45,060 bases of DNA from Acholeplasma sp. OttesenSCG-928-E16 (GCA_030266845.1 JAJDIT010000008.1:1-45060), one strand, 5' to 3'; counted from the stretch's first letter, positions 35,439 to 45,060 are shown. The notes: generated by a model from the sequence alone, not told the origin. Translations and numbers: made by a program.

Positions 35439-38400
35439 CTATGTAGTCGGTATGATTGAAATTTCTTTATATGTTGCTTGGTATGTCTCATTTTTAGTTG
35501 CTGCAACAATCTCTTTATCCCAACCTATAAATTCATAGTTGAAATACTCTGTTGATTCCTTTGATGGTGTATTTCCCTCATAAGAAGGCATTGTATCTTC
35601 TAAGACGTATGAATAATATAAAAGAGTTCCATCGTGATTTATCCACTTAATGGTGTAATATCCTTTAACATCAAGTAAGAATCCAGAGGCTTGACTTTTT
35701 AATTTCATCGCAGTAAACAAATTATTCACAACGACTTCTGTTACGGTAGAACCGTTAAATATATTCCAATAATTTGTCACACCATCAAAAATAAAATTAC
35801 TTAAATCAAGTGAAGATAATTGGGTATTAAAAAACATATGAGACATTGTAATTACGCTACTAGTGTCAAAACTACTTAAATCGATATCTAAAGCACTAGC
35901 AGCACCAAACATAAATGACATGTCAGTTACATTTTTCGTATCAAAATTAGTTAAGTCAAGAGTAAGTGCCTTACAATATGTGAACATTGCATACATGTTC
36001 GTTACACTTCCAGTGTAAAGATGTTTTAAATCTAGTGAGGTGGATTGTATTTGATTAAATAAAAGTGACATATCGGTAATATTACCTGGAACCAAAAATG
36101 CTACTCCCTTTATATTTGGGGCATTATAAAATAGAGCTGTTGCATTTGTGCGACTACTTGTTTTTGTCACTTTAATGCCTTTAATATATTCTGGTATTAC
36201 TACATATTCTAAATTTCCATTATAAAGAAATTCTCCGTCTTTGTCTCCATTGAAGTCACTATCTGTAAGAAGTGTATATCCAGTTGGTATTATTAATATT
36301 TCCTTATATACTGCCTTATAAGTCTTTTCTTCTGTTGCCTCAACCAAATCACTATCCCAACCTAAATACTCATAAGTGAATTTATCGGTTGCTTGTCTTG
36401 TAGGGATAACATTATATACTGGTAATTCACCATCAACAACATAAATAGCTTTTAAAAGAGAATCATCACTATCTGTAAATCGAATAATATGATATCCTTC
36501 GACAACAAAGACAATTCCATTAGCCAAACTATTTAATGTGTTTGCATCAGTAACTGTTCTTGCATAACCTCTGGTTATAGTAATATCTTGGAACATACTA
36601 GAGGTTACAGAAATAGTACTCATGTCAAAACTACTTAAGTCAACTTCAGTAACACTAGCCCAAGCAAACATTTGAGTTGTGTGTTTTAATTTTTCAGTAT
36701 TAAAGTTGCTTAAGTCTAGATAAGTTATTTTTGATCTCATGAACATAGATTGCATGCTTGTTACATTACTAGTATCAAAATTTGATAAATCAATACTTGT
36801 AAACTTTGTATAAGCAAACATTCCATTCATTGTTGTTACTTTTGCTGTATCAAAATTAGAGACATCAAGGACAGTTACATTTGATTGAATAAACATAGAA
36901 GACATATCTGTCACATTGCTTGTATTAAAATGACTAACATCAAGACTTGTTGCTCCCGAGCCACCAAACATAGCAGTCATATTAAGAACGTTACTTGTGT
37001 TAAAGCTGCTTATATCAAGACTTGTTGCACTACAGTAATAAAACATATGAGACATATCTGTAACGTTACTGGTATCAAAGCTCCTTAAGTCTAAGGATTT
37101 TACTCCAGAATTATAAAACATGTATGCCATATCTGTCACATTCCTTGTATCAAAATTCCATAAATCTAAAGAAGTCATTACAGTTGATGCAAACATTGCG
37201 TACATGTTCGTAACATTCCTTGTATCAAAATTCGATAAATCTAAGGATGTTGCCATTGAATCTTGAAACATATTAACCATGTTAGTAACACTTTCAGTGT
37301 AAAGATTACTTAAATCAAGTTCTTCTGATTTATTTCCGCAAAATAAAAGCGACATATCAGTTATATTACTTGGAACTAAGAAAGCAACTCCTTTTATGTT
37401 TGGAGTGTTATAAAACATTGCAGATTCATAAGTATCAATACTTGTTTTCGTTACTTTAACCCCTTTAATATATTCTGGTATTACTACATATTCTAAATCT
37501 CCATTATAAAGAAATTCTCCGTCTTTGTTTCCATCAAAATCATCATCACCAAGAAGCGTATAACCATCTGGAATAATTAATGTTTCTTTAAAGACTGCCT
37601 TGTAAGTCGTGCTCTTTGTGACAATTGCTAAACTTGGACTCCAATCTAAAAAAGTATAATCATAAATACTATTAGATAATCTTTTAGGTGTTTCACCTTT
37701 ATATTCAGCAAGTGTATTTTCTTCAAAATAATCACTTTCTATAATTGATCCATTATGATTCGAAAAGTAAATAATATAGAACCCATCCACCTCAAATTGA
37801 AACCACGGAGTAACTTTATTTAGTCTTTTCGCATCTTCAATTGTTCTTGCATAACCCAAAGTAATGGAAGAATTATTAAACATGTTACTAATTGATGTAA
37901 CCCCACTCAAATCAAAACTCCTAAGGTCAATCTCTGTTAATGCTGAGCCATAGAACATATTTGACATATCCGTCACATTACTCGTATCAAAATTAGTTAA
38001 GTCAAGGGTAAGGACGCTCGATTCAAAAAACATATTTCTCATATATAACACATTACTTGTATCAAAGCTTCTTAAGTCAAGGGTGAGTGCGCTTGATTCA
38101 AGAAACATATTTGTCATCGATATTACATTACGTGTGTCAAAACCGCTTAAATCAAGGGAGGTTGCACTGGAGCCATAAAACATTGAATTCATATTTGTGA
38201 CGGTCGTGGTGAATAAATACCTTAAATCTAGGGAAGTCGATTTATTATTATAAAATAAGAATGACATATCGGTAATATTACTTGGAACTAAGAAGGCAAC
38301 TCCTTTTATGTTTGGAGCATTTTTGAATAGCGAGTTTTCTTGTCCAAGACTTGTCCTAGTAACTTTGATCCCTTTAATATATTCTGGTATTACCACATAT

Positions 38401-40358
38401 TCTAAATTCCCATTATACATAAAATCGCCGTTAAAATCGCCATCAAAGTCACTATCAGTAAGAAGTGTATAACCATCAGGGATAATAAGAAGCTCCTTAA
38501 ATTCTTTTGCTTGATATGTTTGGTCTTCATAAGCTTCAATTAATTTTTTGTCCCATTCCAAAAAATCATATCTATATATATCAGTCGATGGTTTTGTTGG
38601 AGCTAAGCCTTCATAAGATGGGATTGTTCCTTCTTTTATATAATCTAATCCTAAAAATGATCCATTGTAATCCTTCCAAGTGATTCTATAATACCCAGAA
38701 ACAATAAAATTAACATTAGTAACTAAAGAATTAAGTATAGTTGCATCAGCAACAGTTCTTGCATAACCAGTTGTGATTTTTGAGTTTTTGAACATATGTG
38801 TAGTATTAGTCACACTACTCATATCAAAGCTACTCAAATCAAGAATGGTTGCGCTAGAATCAAAAAACATTGCTGACATATCTGTTACTTTTGATGTATC
38901 AAAGCTACTTAGGTTAATCGTGGTTGCTTTTGCGCCTTCAAACATATAAGCCATATCTGTTACTTTTGATGTATCAAAATTACTTAAATCAAGAGTGGTT
39001 GCCATTGAGTTATGGAACATACATGACATAAGTTCTACATTACTTGTATTAAGATTACTTAAGTCTATAGTGGTCGCACCAGAGTTATAGAACATATTTA
39101 ACATAAATCTTACATTGCTTGTATCAAAATTGCTTAAATCTAGGTTAGTTGCGCTAGAATTATAAAACATTCCTGACATATCAATAACTGTTTTTGTGTA
39201 AAGATTACTTAAATCTAATGAGGCTGATTGATTGTTGTAAAACAAATATGTCATGTTAGTGATGTTACTTGGAACCAAAAATGCCACTCCCTTTATATTT
39301 GGAGTATTTTTAAACATCGGTGAAGTAAAATTGCTATTACTAGTCTTAGTTATCTTAATTCCTTTAATAAATTCAGGTACTACTACATATTCATGGGTCC
39401 CGTTATATATAAAATCACCGTTGCTTGTTCCATCAAAATCGCTATCTGTTAAAAGTGTATATCCATCTGGAATAATTAGTATTTCTTTATATTCTGCTTG
39501 ATATGTTTGGTCTTCGTATGCCTTTACTATTATTTTATCCCAAGCTAAAAACTCATACCTAAATGAACTAGTAGAATCTATAATTGGTGTGCTTACACCA
39601 TAAGAAGGCATTGTTCCCCATTCAACATTAGTATCAGTTCTTAATACACTTCCATCCTGATTTTTCCATGTTATTGTAAATGTTTTAATGCTAAATTCTG
39701 GATATATATCTAAATCGCTTTTTACATTACTGTATTCTTTGTCCCATGATAAAAATTCATACCCCTCTTTTTCTGGATTAGAACTTGGAGCTATTGCGCT
39801 ACTTCCATGAGATATTTCTTCTTCTTTTATTACATTATTGTTTGCATCATAAAACTTAACAGTATACTTATCTAATACACTGCTATAGTTTGCTGTAAAT
39901 TCATGATTATCTGTTACCTTACTAACAACTGGACTAAAACCATTAAATGTATAAATATTACCATCTTCTGTCGGTCTTATTGGTGCACTGCCATCAAAAG
40001 AAGGTACAGTCCCCCATTCAACATTATAATCCGTTTCTAAGATACTTCCGTCGTAATTTTTCCATGTTATTGTAAATGTTTTGATCGCATATGTAGCCAA
40101 AACTTCTAGATCTGATTCTACATCATCAAAAGAAATATCCCAACCAATAAAATCATATCCTTCTCTTTCTGGGTTACTTGGTGGAGTTGCAAATCCTCCC
40201 TTGATTACTGTTTCTTCTTTTAATACTGTCCCATCGTAATCCTTAAAGGTTACTTCATAACTTTTCGTATTATTGCAGGCAAATAAAAAACCCAAACTAA
40301 TAAAAGCCAAAAGGGCAATTGCAAATATCTTTATCTTTTTCATGTTTTCCTCCATCAA
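35439..40358 (-). CDS. Giant surface lipoprotein (1639 aa): three N-terminal Listeria/Bacteroides-type (Flg_new-like) repeats followed by four tandem modules of DUF285-type 26-residue repeats
   Basis: The N-terminus MMEENMKKIKIFAIALLAFISLGFLFAC has a lipobox. Then come three YxVxFxDxxGxxL…P..P.REGYxFxGWD repeats. Then come four ~300-420-aa modules, each opening with KEILIIPDGYTLLTDSDF…NIKGVAFLVPSNIT and filled with LDLSNFDTSNVTDMSxMF-type 26-residue repeats (DUF285 / bacterial surface protein 26-residue repeat). The DNA also repeats, for example 37370-37404 versus 38281-38318, which are near-identical. Confidence 0.8.
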   Translation of the reverse strand: MMEENMKKIKIFAIALLAFISLGFLFACNNTKSYEVTFKDYDGTVLKEETVIKGGFATPPSNPEREGYDFIGWDISFDDVESDLEVLATYAIKTFTITWKNYDGSILETDYNVEWGTVPSFDGSAPIRPTEDGNIYTFNGFSPVVSKVTDNHEFTANYSSVLDKYTVKFYDANNNVIKEEEISHGSSAIAPSSNPEKEGYEFLSWDKEYSNVKSDLDIYPEFSIKTFTITWKNQDGSVLRTDTNVEWGTMPSYGVSTPIIDSTSSFRYEFLAWDKIIVKAYEDQTYQAEYKEILIIPDGYTLLTDSDFDGTSNGDFIYNGTHEYVVVPEFIKGIKITKTSNSNFTSPMFKNTPNIKGVAFLVPSNITNMTYLFYNNQSASLDLSNLYTKTVIDMSGMFYNSSATNLDLSNFDTSNVRFMLNMFYNSGATTIDLSNLNTSNVELMSCMFHNSMATTLDLSNFDTSKVTDMAYMFEGAKATTINLSSFDTSKVTDMSAMFFDSSATILDLSSFDMSSVTNTTHMFKNSKITTGYARTVADATILNSLVTNVNFIVSGYYRITWKDYNGSFLGLDYIKEGTIPSYEGLAPTKPSTDIYRYDFLEWDKKLIEAYEDQTYQAKEFKELLIIPDGYTLLTDSDFDGDFNGDFMYNGNLEYVVIPEYIKGIKVTRTSLGQENSLFKNAPNIKGVAFLVPSNITDMSFLFYNNKSTSLDLRYLFTTTVTNMNSMFYGSSATSLDLSGFDTRNVISMTNMFLESSALTLDLRSFDTSNVLYMRNMFFESSVLTLDLTNFDTSNVTDMSNMFYGSALTEIDLRSFDLSGVTSISNMFNNSSITLGYARTIEDAKRLNKVTPWFQFEVDGFYIIYFSNHNGSIIESDYFEENTLAEYKGETPKRLSNSIYDYTFLDWSPSLAIVTKSTTYKAVFKETLIIPDGYTLLGDDDFDGNKDGEFLYNGDLEYVVIPEYIKGVKVTKTSIDTYESAMFYNTPNIKGVAFLVPSNITDMSLLFCGNKSEELDLSNLYTESVTNMVNMFQDSMATSLDLSNFDTRNVTNMYAMFASTVMTSLDLWNFDTRNVTDMAYMFYNSGVKSLDLRSFDTSNVTDMSHMFYYCSATSLDISSFNTSNVLNMTAMFGGSGATSLDVSHFNTSNVTDMSSMFIQSNVTVLDVSNFDTAKVTTMNGMFAYTKFTSIDLSNFDTSNVTSMQSMFMRSKITYLDLSNFNTEKLKHTTQMFAWASVTEVDLSSFDMSTISVTSSMFQDITITRGYARTVTDANTLNSLANGIVFVVEGYHIIRFTDSDDSLLKAIYVVDGELPVYNVIPTRQATDKFTYEYLGWDSDLVEATEEKTYKAVYKEILIIPTGYTLLTDSDFNGDKDGEFLYNGNLEYVVIPEYIKGIKVTKTSSRTNATALFYNAPNIKGVAFLVPGNITDMSLLFNQIQSTSLDLKHLYTGSVTNMYAMFTYCKALTLDLTNFDTKNVTDMSFMFGAASALDIDLSSFDTSSVITMSHMFFNTQLSSLDLSNFIFDGVTNYWNIFNGSTVTEVVVNNLFTAMKLKSQASGFLLDVKGYYTIKWINHDGTLLYYSYVLEDTMPSYEGNTPSKESTEYFNYEFIGWDKEIVAATKNETYQATYKEISIIPTT
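36050..39500. repeat. Intragenic tandem module repeats (~0.9-1.3 kb period, 4 copies) inside the 1639-aa lipoprotein gene
   Basis: Recurrent nucleotide blocks at about 36105, 37370, 38281 and 39285 (…ggaac(c/t)aagaa(a/g)gcaactcc(t/c)tt(t)at(g/a)tttgg(a/g)g…). A 21-nt exact repeat caactccttttatgtttggag occurs at 37384-37404 and 38298-38318. Confidence 0.7.
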
Positions 40359-40542
40359 TTTTTACATTTAGATTTTTATGCATTTATAAGGGTAAAGCCT
40401 TATAATTGATTACTTTATTATATTATAATACAAAGTGCCTGAATAGCATATATTTTTGTGGAAAAGAACTAATTTTTTCTAATCTCTATTTATTTAAAAG
40501 AATTAGTAATTTAAATATTGGATCTCAATAATTCTAGTTATC

Positions 40543-40575
40543 AAAAAAAGATGACGCTTTGATTATGGCGTCATC
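40543..40575 (-). terminator. Rho-independent terminator after the LRR lipoprotein gene
   Basis: The minus strand reads GAUGACGCcauaaucaaaGCGUCAUC followed by UUUUUUUG (plus 40543-40549 is an A-run). Confidence 0.6.
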
Positions 40576-40599
40576 AATATTAATAATAATCTTAAAATT

Positions 40600-42660
40600 T
40601 TAGTTAATTTTAACTTCGTTATTAAACGCAATGTTCAATTCACTAAGCATTGGTACATTCTTAATATGAATCACTAACAGTGTATCAGAACAACTTGCCA
40701 AGTTTATTTTTTGCAAAATCGGTAAGTCCTCTAAAATAACATTGCTGATCTTTGTGTTTTCTTTTCTTCTTAAAACGGTAAATCTTAGTAAGTTCTCAAG
40801 CGTAAGAGTCTCAATATTCCATATGTCATCTGATGAGACGGATATATCTAATATTTCTAATGACTTGAAATCAGAAATTTGAAGTACCGTGATTTTTATA
40901 TTATCAGTTAATATAAGCTCAATAAGTTTATCTAAAATTGGGATTGTTTTAAATATTTGATTAGTGATCCCATTATCTCTTAGATTAAGGACCTCTAAGT
41001 TAGGAAACTTACTTAAAAAAGTATAATCAGTCAAATCTGGATTTAAAGACACATTTAGCTTTAAAAGATTATTTTTTGTTAAAAAACTTGAGGTCTTCGC
41101 ATTAGATAAGTCCGCATTTCCTAGTGATAGTTCTTTTAGATTTGTTGCACCATTTATAAAGGAATAATCTGCTATTTTTTGACAATAATCTAATAATAAT
41201 GTTTCTAAAGAGTCCATATTTTTAAAAGTAATATTCTGCAAACCAGTTTTTATCAAATTCAAAGTGGAAAGTCTTTCTAAATCCTCTAAATAAAGATTAA
41301 TTATTCCGGTCATATCGTTTTTAATAATACTTTCAATCCCTGAATTAATGATCGATAAAGATAAAATATCAAAATTATCAAAAGTGTCATGAGCACTCAA
41401 ATCAAGTGTTTTTAATGCTGGAAGATTTTCAATATATATATTTAAGATCTTCACTTCCTCTGATCTTGCCAAATTATCAAATTTTGGAAGATTAATTAAT
41501 CTTAAATTCCCAATATGATAAATATCGCCAATTTGTAACTCTTCTAGCACAATCTTCTGTAAGTATAAAAAATCTTTTAATTCTAGATCAATAATTTGGT
41601 TACTAGTAAAATCAATCACTTCTAATTTTGGATATTTGGCGGCGGTAATAAAATCATATACCCCGATGTTTTTATTATCAGCAATCAAAAACTCCTTAAG
41701 ACTAATCATGCTTGGAAGTGAGTCTGTCTTGATTTTATTCAACGAACAGCTATTTAAATTTAAATACTCTAATGATTCAATACGACTTAAAAATGAAAAA
41801 TCTGTTAAATTTTGGTTGCCAGACAAGTCTAATTTATAAACCTTTACACCGACGATATCTACGCTAAATGAGCTGATGTTTTTAAGAGATAAGTCTAAAT
41901 CAATAACAGTTAAAGGACTGCCAAGATAAACACTATTAATAGTTGCTTTGCCAAACTTAATAGAGCTTAATTTAGATTGATTCTTAACATTAAAAATGGA
42001 TATTCTTGCCGAGTCATTTGAAAATTCCAATGTCTCCAAATTGGTGATACCATCAATTACTAAATCCTTGATTTTAAGGTTAGTGAATTTAAGATTTGTA
42101 ATGTTTGGAAAATGGTGAAGACCTTTTGTTGTTTCAATAGAATCTGATGCGACGATACCTTCATTATCTTTAACTATTTCAACCGCTCCAACAACTTCTT
42201 TTGCTTCAGTTTTTGATATTTTCCCATCTTGGTTTTTATCAGCAATTACTCTTAAATAATTATATAAGCTTTGATCTGGAATGCCAGATTCAGAGTTCCT
42301 GATATTACTATCTAAGATAATTATGTTATCGATTGTTCTCTCATATGTTATTGCAGAGTCATCTTTACTCGTAAAAAGAGCTGTGATCTCTACAGTAGTA
42401 CCATTTTCATTGTTTGTTCCAAGGCAAGCATACGTGCTAGGATCGAAATATTCAGCTGACGTGCCCGAAATAACCCACTGAATTTTAGTACCATCAGAAA
42501 GTTCAGTCGGCAAGGAGTCACCTATATCGTATTCCCTTTTAATTTCGGATATTTTATCTTCAATTTTATCTTTAAAGTCTTGAAGTTTTTTCTTATCTGG
42601 CCCACAGGCGCTTAATAATAAAACAAAGACTATTGCTAAGATGAAACAAACTTTTTTCAT
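40600..42660 (-). CDS. Leucine-rich-repeat surface lipoprotein (686 aa)
   Basis: The N-terminus MKKVCFILAIVFVLLLSAC has a lipobox. It has many 22-24-aa LRR units of the LxxLxLxxNxIxD type (LEVLNLRDNGITN, LKELSLGNADLSN, LEILDISVSSDDIWN…). Confidence 0.75.
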   Translation of the reverse strand: MKKVCFILAIVFVLLLSACGPDKKKLQDFKDKIEDKISEIKREYDIGDSLPTELSDGTKIQWVISGTSAEYFDPSTYACLGTNNENGTTVEITALFTSKDDSAITYERTIDNIIILDSNIRNSESGIPDQSLYNYLRVIADKNQDGKISKTEAKEVVGAVEIVKDNEGIVASDSIETTKGLHHFPNITNLKFTNLKIKDLVIDGITNLETLEFSNDSARISIFNVKNQSKLSSIKFGKATINSVYLGSPLTVIDLDLSLKNISSFSVDIVGVKVYKLDLSGNQNLTDFSFLSRIESLEYLNLNSCSLNKIKTDSLPSMISLKEFLIADNKNIGVYDFITAAKYPKLEVIDFTSNQIIDLELKDFLYLQKIVLEELQIGDIYHIGNLRLINLPKFDNLARSEEVKILNIYIENLPALKTLDLSAHDTFDNFDILSLSIINSGIESIIKNDMTGIINLYLEDLERLSTLNLIKTGLQNITFKNMDSLETLLLDYCQKIADYSFINGATNLKELSLGNADLSNAKTSSFLTKNNLLKLNVSLNPDLTDYTFLSKFPNLEVLNLRDNGITNQIFKTIPILDKLIELILTDNIKITVLQISDFKSLEILDISVSSDDIWNIETLTLENLLRFTVLRRKENTKISNVILEDLPILQKINLASCSDTLLVIHIKNVPMLSELNIAFNNEVKIN

Positions 42661-42724
42661 TCATTTTCCTCCAGATATCTTGATTATACATCAATAATTA
42701 ATTGATGACAAACGATACATATAT

Positions 42725-43126
42725 TTATTTTGATAGCTTCTCTAATAATTCATGATAAGGATGATTTTCCTTTTTTAATGAAATAACCTTCTTGTTTTTT
42801 AAAAAACAATGATATGATCTAGCCCTTGCTACCAGCTCATCAGATTCGTTGTACATCAAATAGTTTATTAAAAACTGAACACCAGAATATTCTTCAATCT
42901 CTAAAGTGATTTTCACTTTGTTTTTAAAATATACGGACTTAAGGTACTTAACATTAACTTCGGTAACCGGACAATATATATTTTCTTCTTCTAATGATTT
43001 ATATGAAATTCCCATTTTTTCAAAAAGAAAAATTCGAGCCTCTTCCATCCACTTGATGAAATTCGAATGATGAATGACCCCCATTTGATCTGTTTCGTGA
43101 TACATAGCTTCTCTTAAATAAAACAT
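42725..43126 (-). CDS. Acyl-CoA thioesterase, hotdog fold (YbgC/4HBT-like)
   Basis: A 133-aa ORF. YHETDQMGVIHHSNFIKWMEEAR matches the YbgC-type catalytic region (…Y.DTD..GVV.H.NY..F.E.AR). Confidence 0.8.
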   Translation of the reverse strand: MFYLREAMYHETDQMGVIHHSNFIKWMEEARIFLFEKMGISYKSLEEENIYCPVTEVNVKYLKSVYFKNKVKITLEIEEYSGVQFLINYLMYNESDELVARARSYHCFLKNKKVISLKKENHPYHELLEKLSK

Positions 43127-43211
43127 TATTCTAACCTCTTGTTTTAAATTATATCAAAAAAAATAGATAATTTAAAATAATAATATATTATTTTTAATTA
43201 AGGTAAATAAA

Positions 43212-43245
43212 AGAGCTTAATCAAAGATATTTTTGATTAGGCTCT
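43212..43245 (-). terminator. Possible terminator hairpin (14-bp AU-rich stem) after the 43258..44211 gene
   Basis: agagcttaatcaaagatatttttgattaggctct forms a 14-bp stem (one G·U). The U-tract on the minus side is only moderate (UUUAUUUACC). Confidence 0.35.
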
Positions 43246-43257
43246 AAGAAAATACTC

Positions 43258-44211
43258 TTAAAAACTTTCTGCAGCTTCTTTTTTATCTTTCCCCTTAAAT
43301 AGATTAGCAAATCGTTTAGGGAATCCCTTAAATGCATCTCCGACAACTGATGGAAGCATCTTTGTTGATTCGATAAAAGCGCCTCTTCTAATAATATCTT
43401 TTGAGGTTTCCTTAACATCACTAAAAAGATATTTTCTGGTCACAACACCAATTCTAAGTGTTAATAGTCCATTTGTTATCCCTTGAACTGTTGAGGAGAT
43501 AAGTGGCTTCACTAAAGGAATTTCTGCAAATAAATTCATTGTACTTTGTGGCAAGAAATCATTAAGATCAACGTTTTCTATTCCATCTGCAATTAAAGCG
43601 GTGGTAAATACATTTACTGTTAATTTAGATAAGTTTTTAAATGAAGGTCTAAAGCCACACATTGAAACAATATCTTTAATCATTTTAAAGTTTACAGAAA
43701 TAATAGTAAAGGCATCTAACTTTCCGTTTTGGCTGATGGCTGTTGAAACCATGACTGTTACTGCACTTTTTCGAATCTTTTTGTTGATTTCTTTTTTAAG
43801 TGAGGAGTCAAGAGTATGGTTAAGCGCTAATCGTAAATTATCATAGCCATCTTTTAAAGCAAATCGAAGTTTTTCTTTTTCATTATCACTTATTACATCA
43901 CCATCAATTAAACGATGAGCGACTTTTTTATATACCCGATAGTTTTTCCTTGAATCCTTGTCAAGAGTCGTCTCAATCGAAAAGGATGGCGAAAATACAA
44001 CAATCCGAACTGGATTAAGTATCAAAAACCAGACAATTACAGCAACAAGAAGATAAAAACCATACGAGACATAAGGATGAGTCCAATTAGCGATTCTTTC
44101 ACCTAATGAGATCACGCTGCTTATTAAAACAACGAAAAAGATAATAAAAAATCCGATCGCTACTAAATACCATAAATATCTGGTTGGGTTTTTCTTTTTT
44201 TTCATAATCAA
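43258..44211 (-). CDS. Membrane protein of unknown function (DUF697/YcjF-like suspected)
   Basis: A 317-aa ORF with two N-terminal transmembrane helices after MIMKKKKNPTRYLWYLVAIGFFIIFFVVLI, then a soluble domain. The family assignment is tentative. Confidence 0.45.
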   Translation of the reverse strand: MIMKKKKNPTRYLWYLVAIGFFIIFFVVLISSVISLGERIANWTHPYVSYGFYLLVAVIVWFLILNPVRIVVFSPSFSIETTLDKDSRKNYRVYKKVAHRLIDGDVISDNEKEKLRFALKDGYDNLRLALNHTLDSSLKKEINKKIRKSAVTVMVSTAISQNGKLDAFTIISVNFKMIKDIVSMCGFRPSFKNLSKLTVNVFTTALIADGIENVDLNDFLPQSTMNLFAEIPLVKPLISSTVQGITNGLLTLRIGVVTRKYLFSDVKETSKDIIRRGAFIESTKMLPSVVGDAFKGFPKRFANLFKGKDKKEAAESF

Positions 44212-44251
44212 AGTACCTCTTCACTATTTTATAACAAAAAACGATAAAAAA

Positions 44252-45060
44252 CTAGACAGGTACTACACTTCCTTGATATTTGTTTTCAATGAAATCTTTG
44301 ATATGGCTGGAAGTTAGTACTTCCATCAGAGCCTTAATTTTATCAAGGTCCTTTCTGTCTTTACGGCAAGCAACAATATTGATATACGGATTATCAATTG
44401 GACTTTCAAGAGCAATCGCATCATTGTTTGGGTCCAAGTTAGCTGATAAGGCATAGTTTCCATTAATTAATATTAAAGGAGCTTCATCGTTATTATAACT
44501 TTCTACTAGAAAATTTGCTTCTACTTGGATATCAAATCTAAGATTTTTCTTGTTTTCAATGATATCAGAGACGGTGGCATTTATGGTTGCGCCTTCTCTT
44601 AATTTAATTAAACCAAGACTCTCTAATAACATAAATAGTCTACCATGGTCTGGAACAGACTTGCTCATAATGACACGGTCACCATCTTTTATATCATCAA
44701 TTGATTTATAACCATATTTTGCTGGTGAATAAAGGCCAATTGGCTCAATGTGGATACCACCAAGGTTATATAACTGATCTTCTTCTTTGGCATTTTTATT
44801 ATAATCATCAAGAAAAGGAATGTGCTGAAAGAAATTGACATCAGCTGATTTTGAGGCAACGGCAGGATTAGGAAATCCATATTCATCAATAACCTTTATC
44901 TTAAGCTTATATCCTTTTTCTAATAAAAGCGGTCTTGCTTCTTCCAAAATAGCTGCATGTGGGGCAAGCGTTGAAATGGCATATATCGTGTTTTCATCCT
45001 CAATCTTATTTTGACATGCAAATAAATTTAAACCCATAAAACTTAATAATATTAAACTAA
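44252..45060 (-). CDS. metQ: MetQ/NlpA-family lipoprotein (methionine ABC transporter substrate-binding protein); the 5' end lies beyond the window
   Basis: …LVNIIKFMGLNLFACQNK has the lipobox LFAC. The reading frame is still open at the window edge, so the true start is outside the window. The body (KVIDEYGFPNPAVASKSADVNFFQH…NGNYALSAN) is typical of MetQ. Confidence 0.8.
   Translation of the reverse strand, partial: SLILLSFMGLNLFACQNKIEDENTIYAISTLAPHAAILEEARPLLLEKGYKLKIKVIDEYGFPNPAVASKSADVNFFQHIPFLDDYNKNAKEEDQLYNLGGIHIEPIGLYSPAKYGYKSIDDIKDGDRVIMSKSVPDHGRLFMLLESLGLIKLREGATINATVSDIIENKKNLRFDIQVEANFLVESYNNDEAPLILINGNYALSANLDPNNDAIALESPIDNPYINIVACRKDRKDLDKIKALMEVLTSSHIKDFIENKYQGSVVPV

Noticed and set aside
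35439-40358. Highly periodic nucleotide repeats that might be mistaken for a CRISPR array or other non-coding repeat
   Set aside because: The repeats are in frame within one continuous 4.9-kb ORF. They encode the 26-residue DUF285-type protein repeat, their period and spacing are irregular at the DNA level, and no cas genes are nearby.
2022-44889. Many short ORFs from the six-frame track that sit inside or antisense to larger genes (2022..2243, 3819..4022, 4722..5099, 7981..8166, 9480..9662, 10009..10299, 11815..12021, 12756..13010, 14003..14203, 15186..15404, 15661..15888, 23910..24266, 24771..25082, 25016..25249, 25250..25546, 25984..26172, 28525..28737, 31659..31844, 32821..33018, 33498..33695, 36885..37088, 39253..39501, 41636..41839, 42281..42481, 43221..43421, 43601..43846, 44689..44889)
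   Set aside because: Each overlaps a longer ORF on the opposite strand or frame that has clear family signatures. They are products of AT-rich, stop-poor antisense frames and not independent genes.

Overview
This is a low-G+C chromosomal segment from a Firmicutes/Mollicutes-like genome; the Acholeplasma/Erysipelotrichia-type guess is an inference. TGA is used as a stop, and lipoproteins with lipobox cysteines are abundant. Almost every gene lies on the minus strand and the content is mainly core genes. These are a partial copper P-type ATPase, an M42 peptidase, galU, the infC-rpmI-rplT operon, a flotillin/NfeD pair, pepP, a phosphohexomutase, surE, ileS with a T-box leader, a division-type cluster (tgt, unknown protein, ftsZ, ychF, unknown protein fused to yggS, sepF), queT behind a preQ1-I riboswitch, tmRNA (ssrA), DegV, a thioesterase and partial metQ. 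The infC-rpmI-rplT operon has a consensus promoter, a probable non-AUG infC start and a rplT gene extended at its C-terminus. Accessory or unusual content: a 1135-aa lipoprotein that carries a peptidoglycan amidase (Amidase_2/PGRP-like) domain and a lamin-tail-like domain; a four-gene translationally coupled module (secreted protein, membrane-anchored protein, ABC ATPase, permease); a surface-lipoprotein island holding a 1639-aa protein built from four tandem ~1 kb modules of DUF285-type 26-residue repeats plus a 686-aa LRR lipoprotein; a yggS gene broken at an A8 tract that contains the canonical A_AAA_AAG -1 slippery heptamer; and a G+C-rich nested-hairpin element downstream of galU that I cannot assign to an RNA family. 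I found no CRISPR array, transposase, integrase, restriction enzyme or recognisable defence-system genes. The tandem-module lipoprotein and the four-gene secreted-protein/ABC module are the best candidates for something undescribed, but I cannot assign a function to either from sequence alone.
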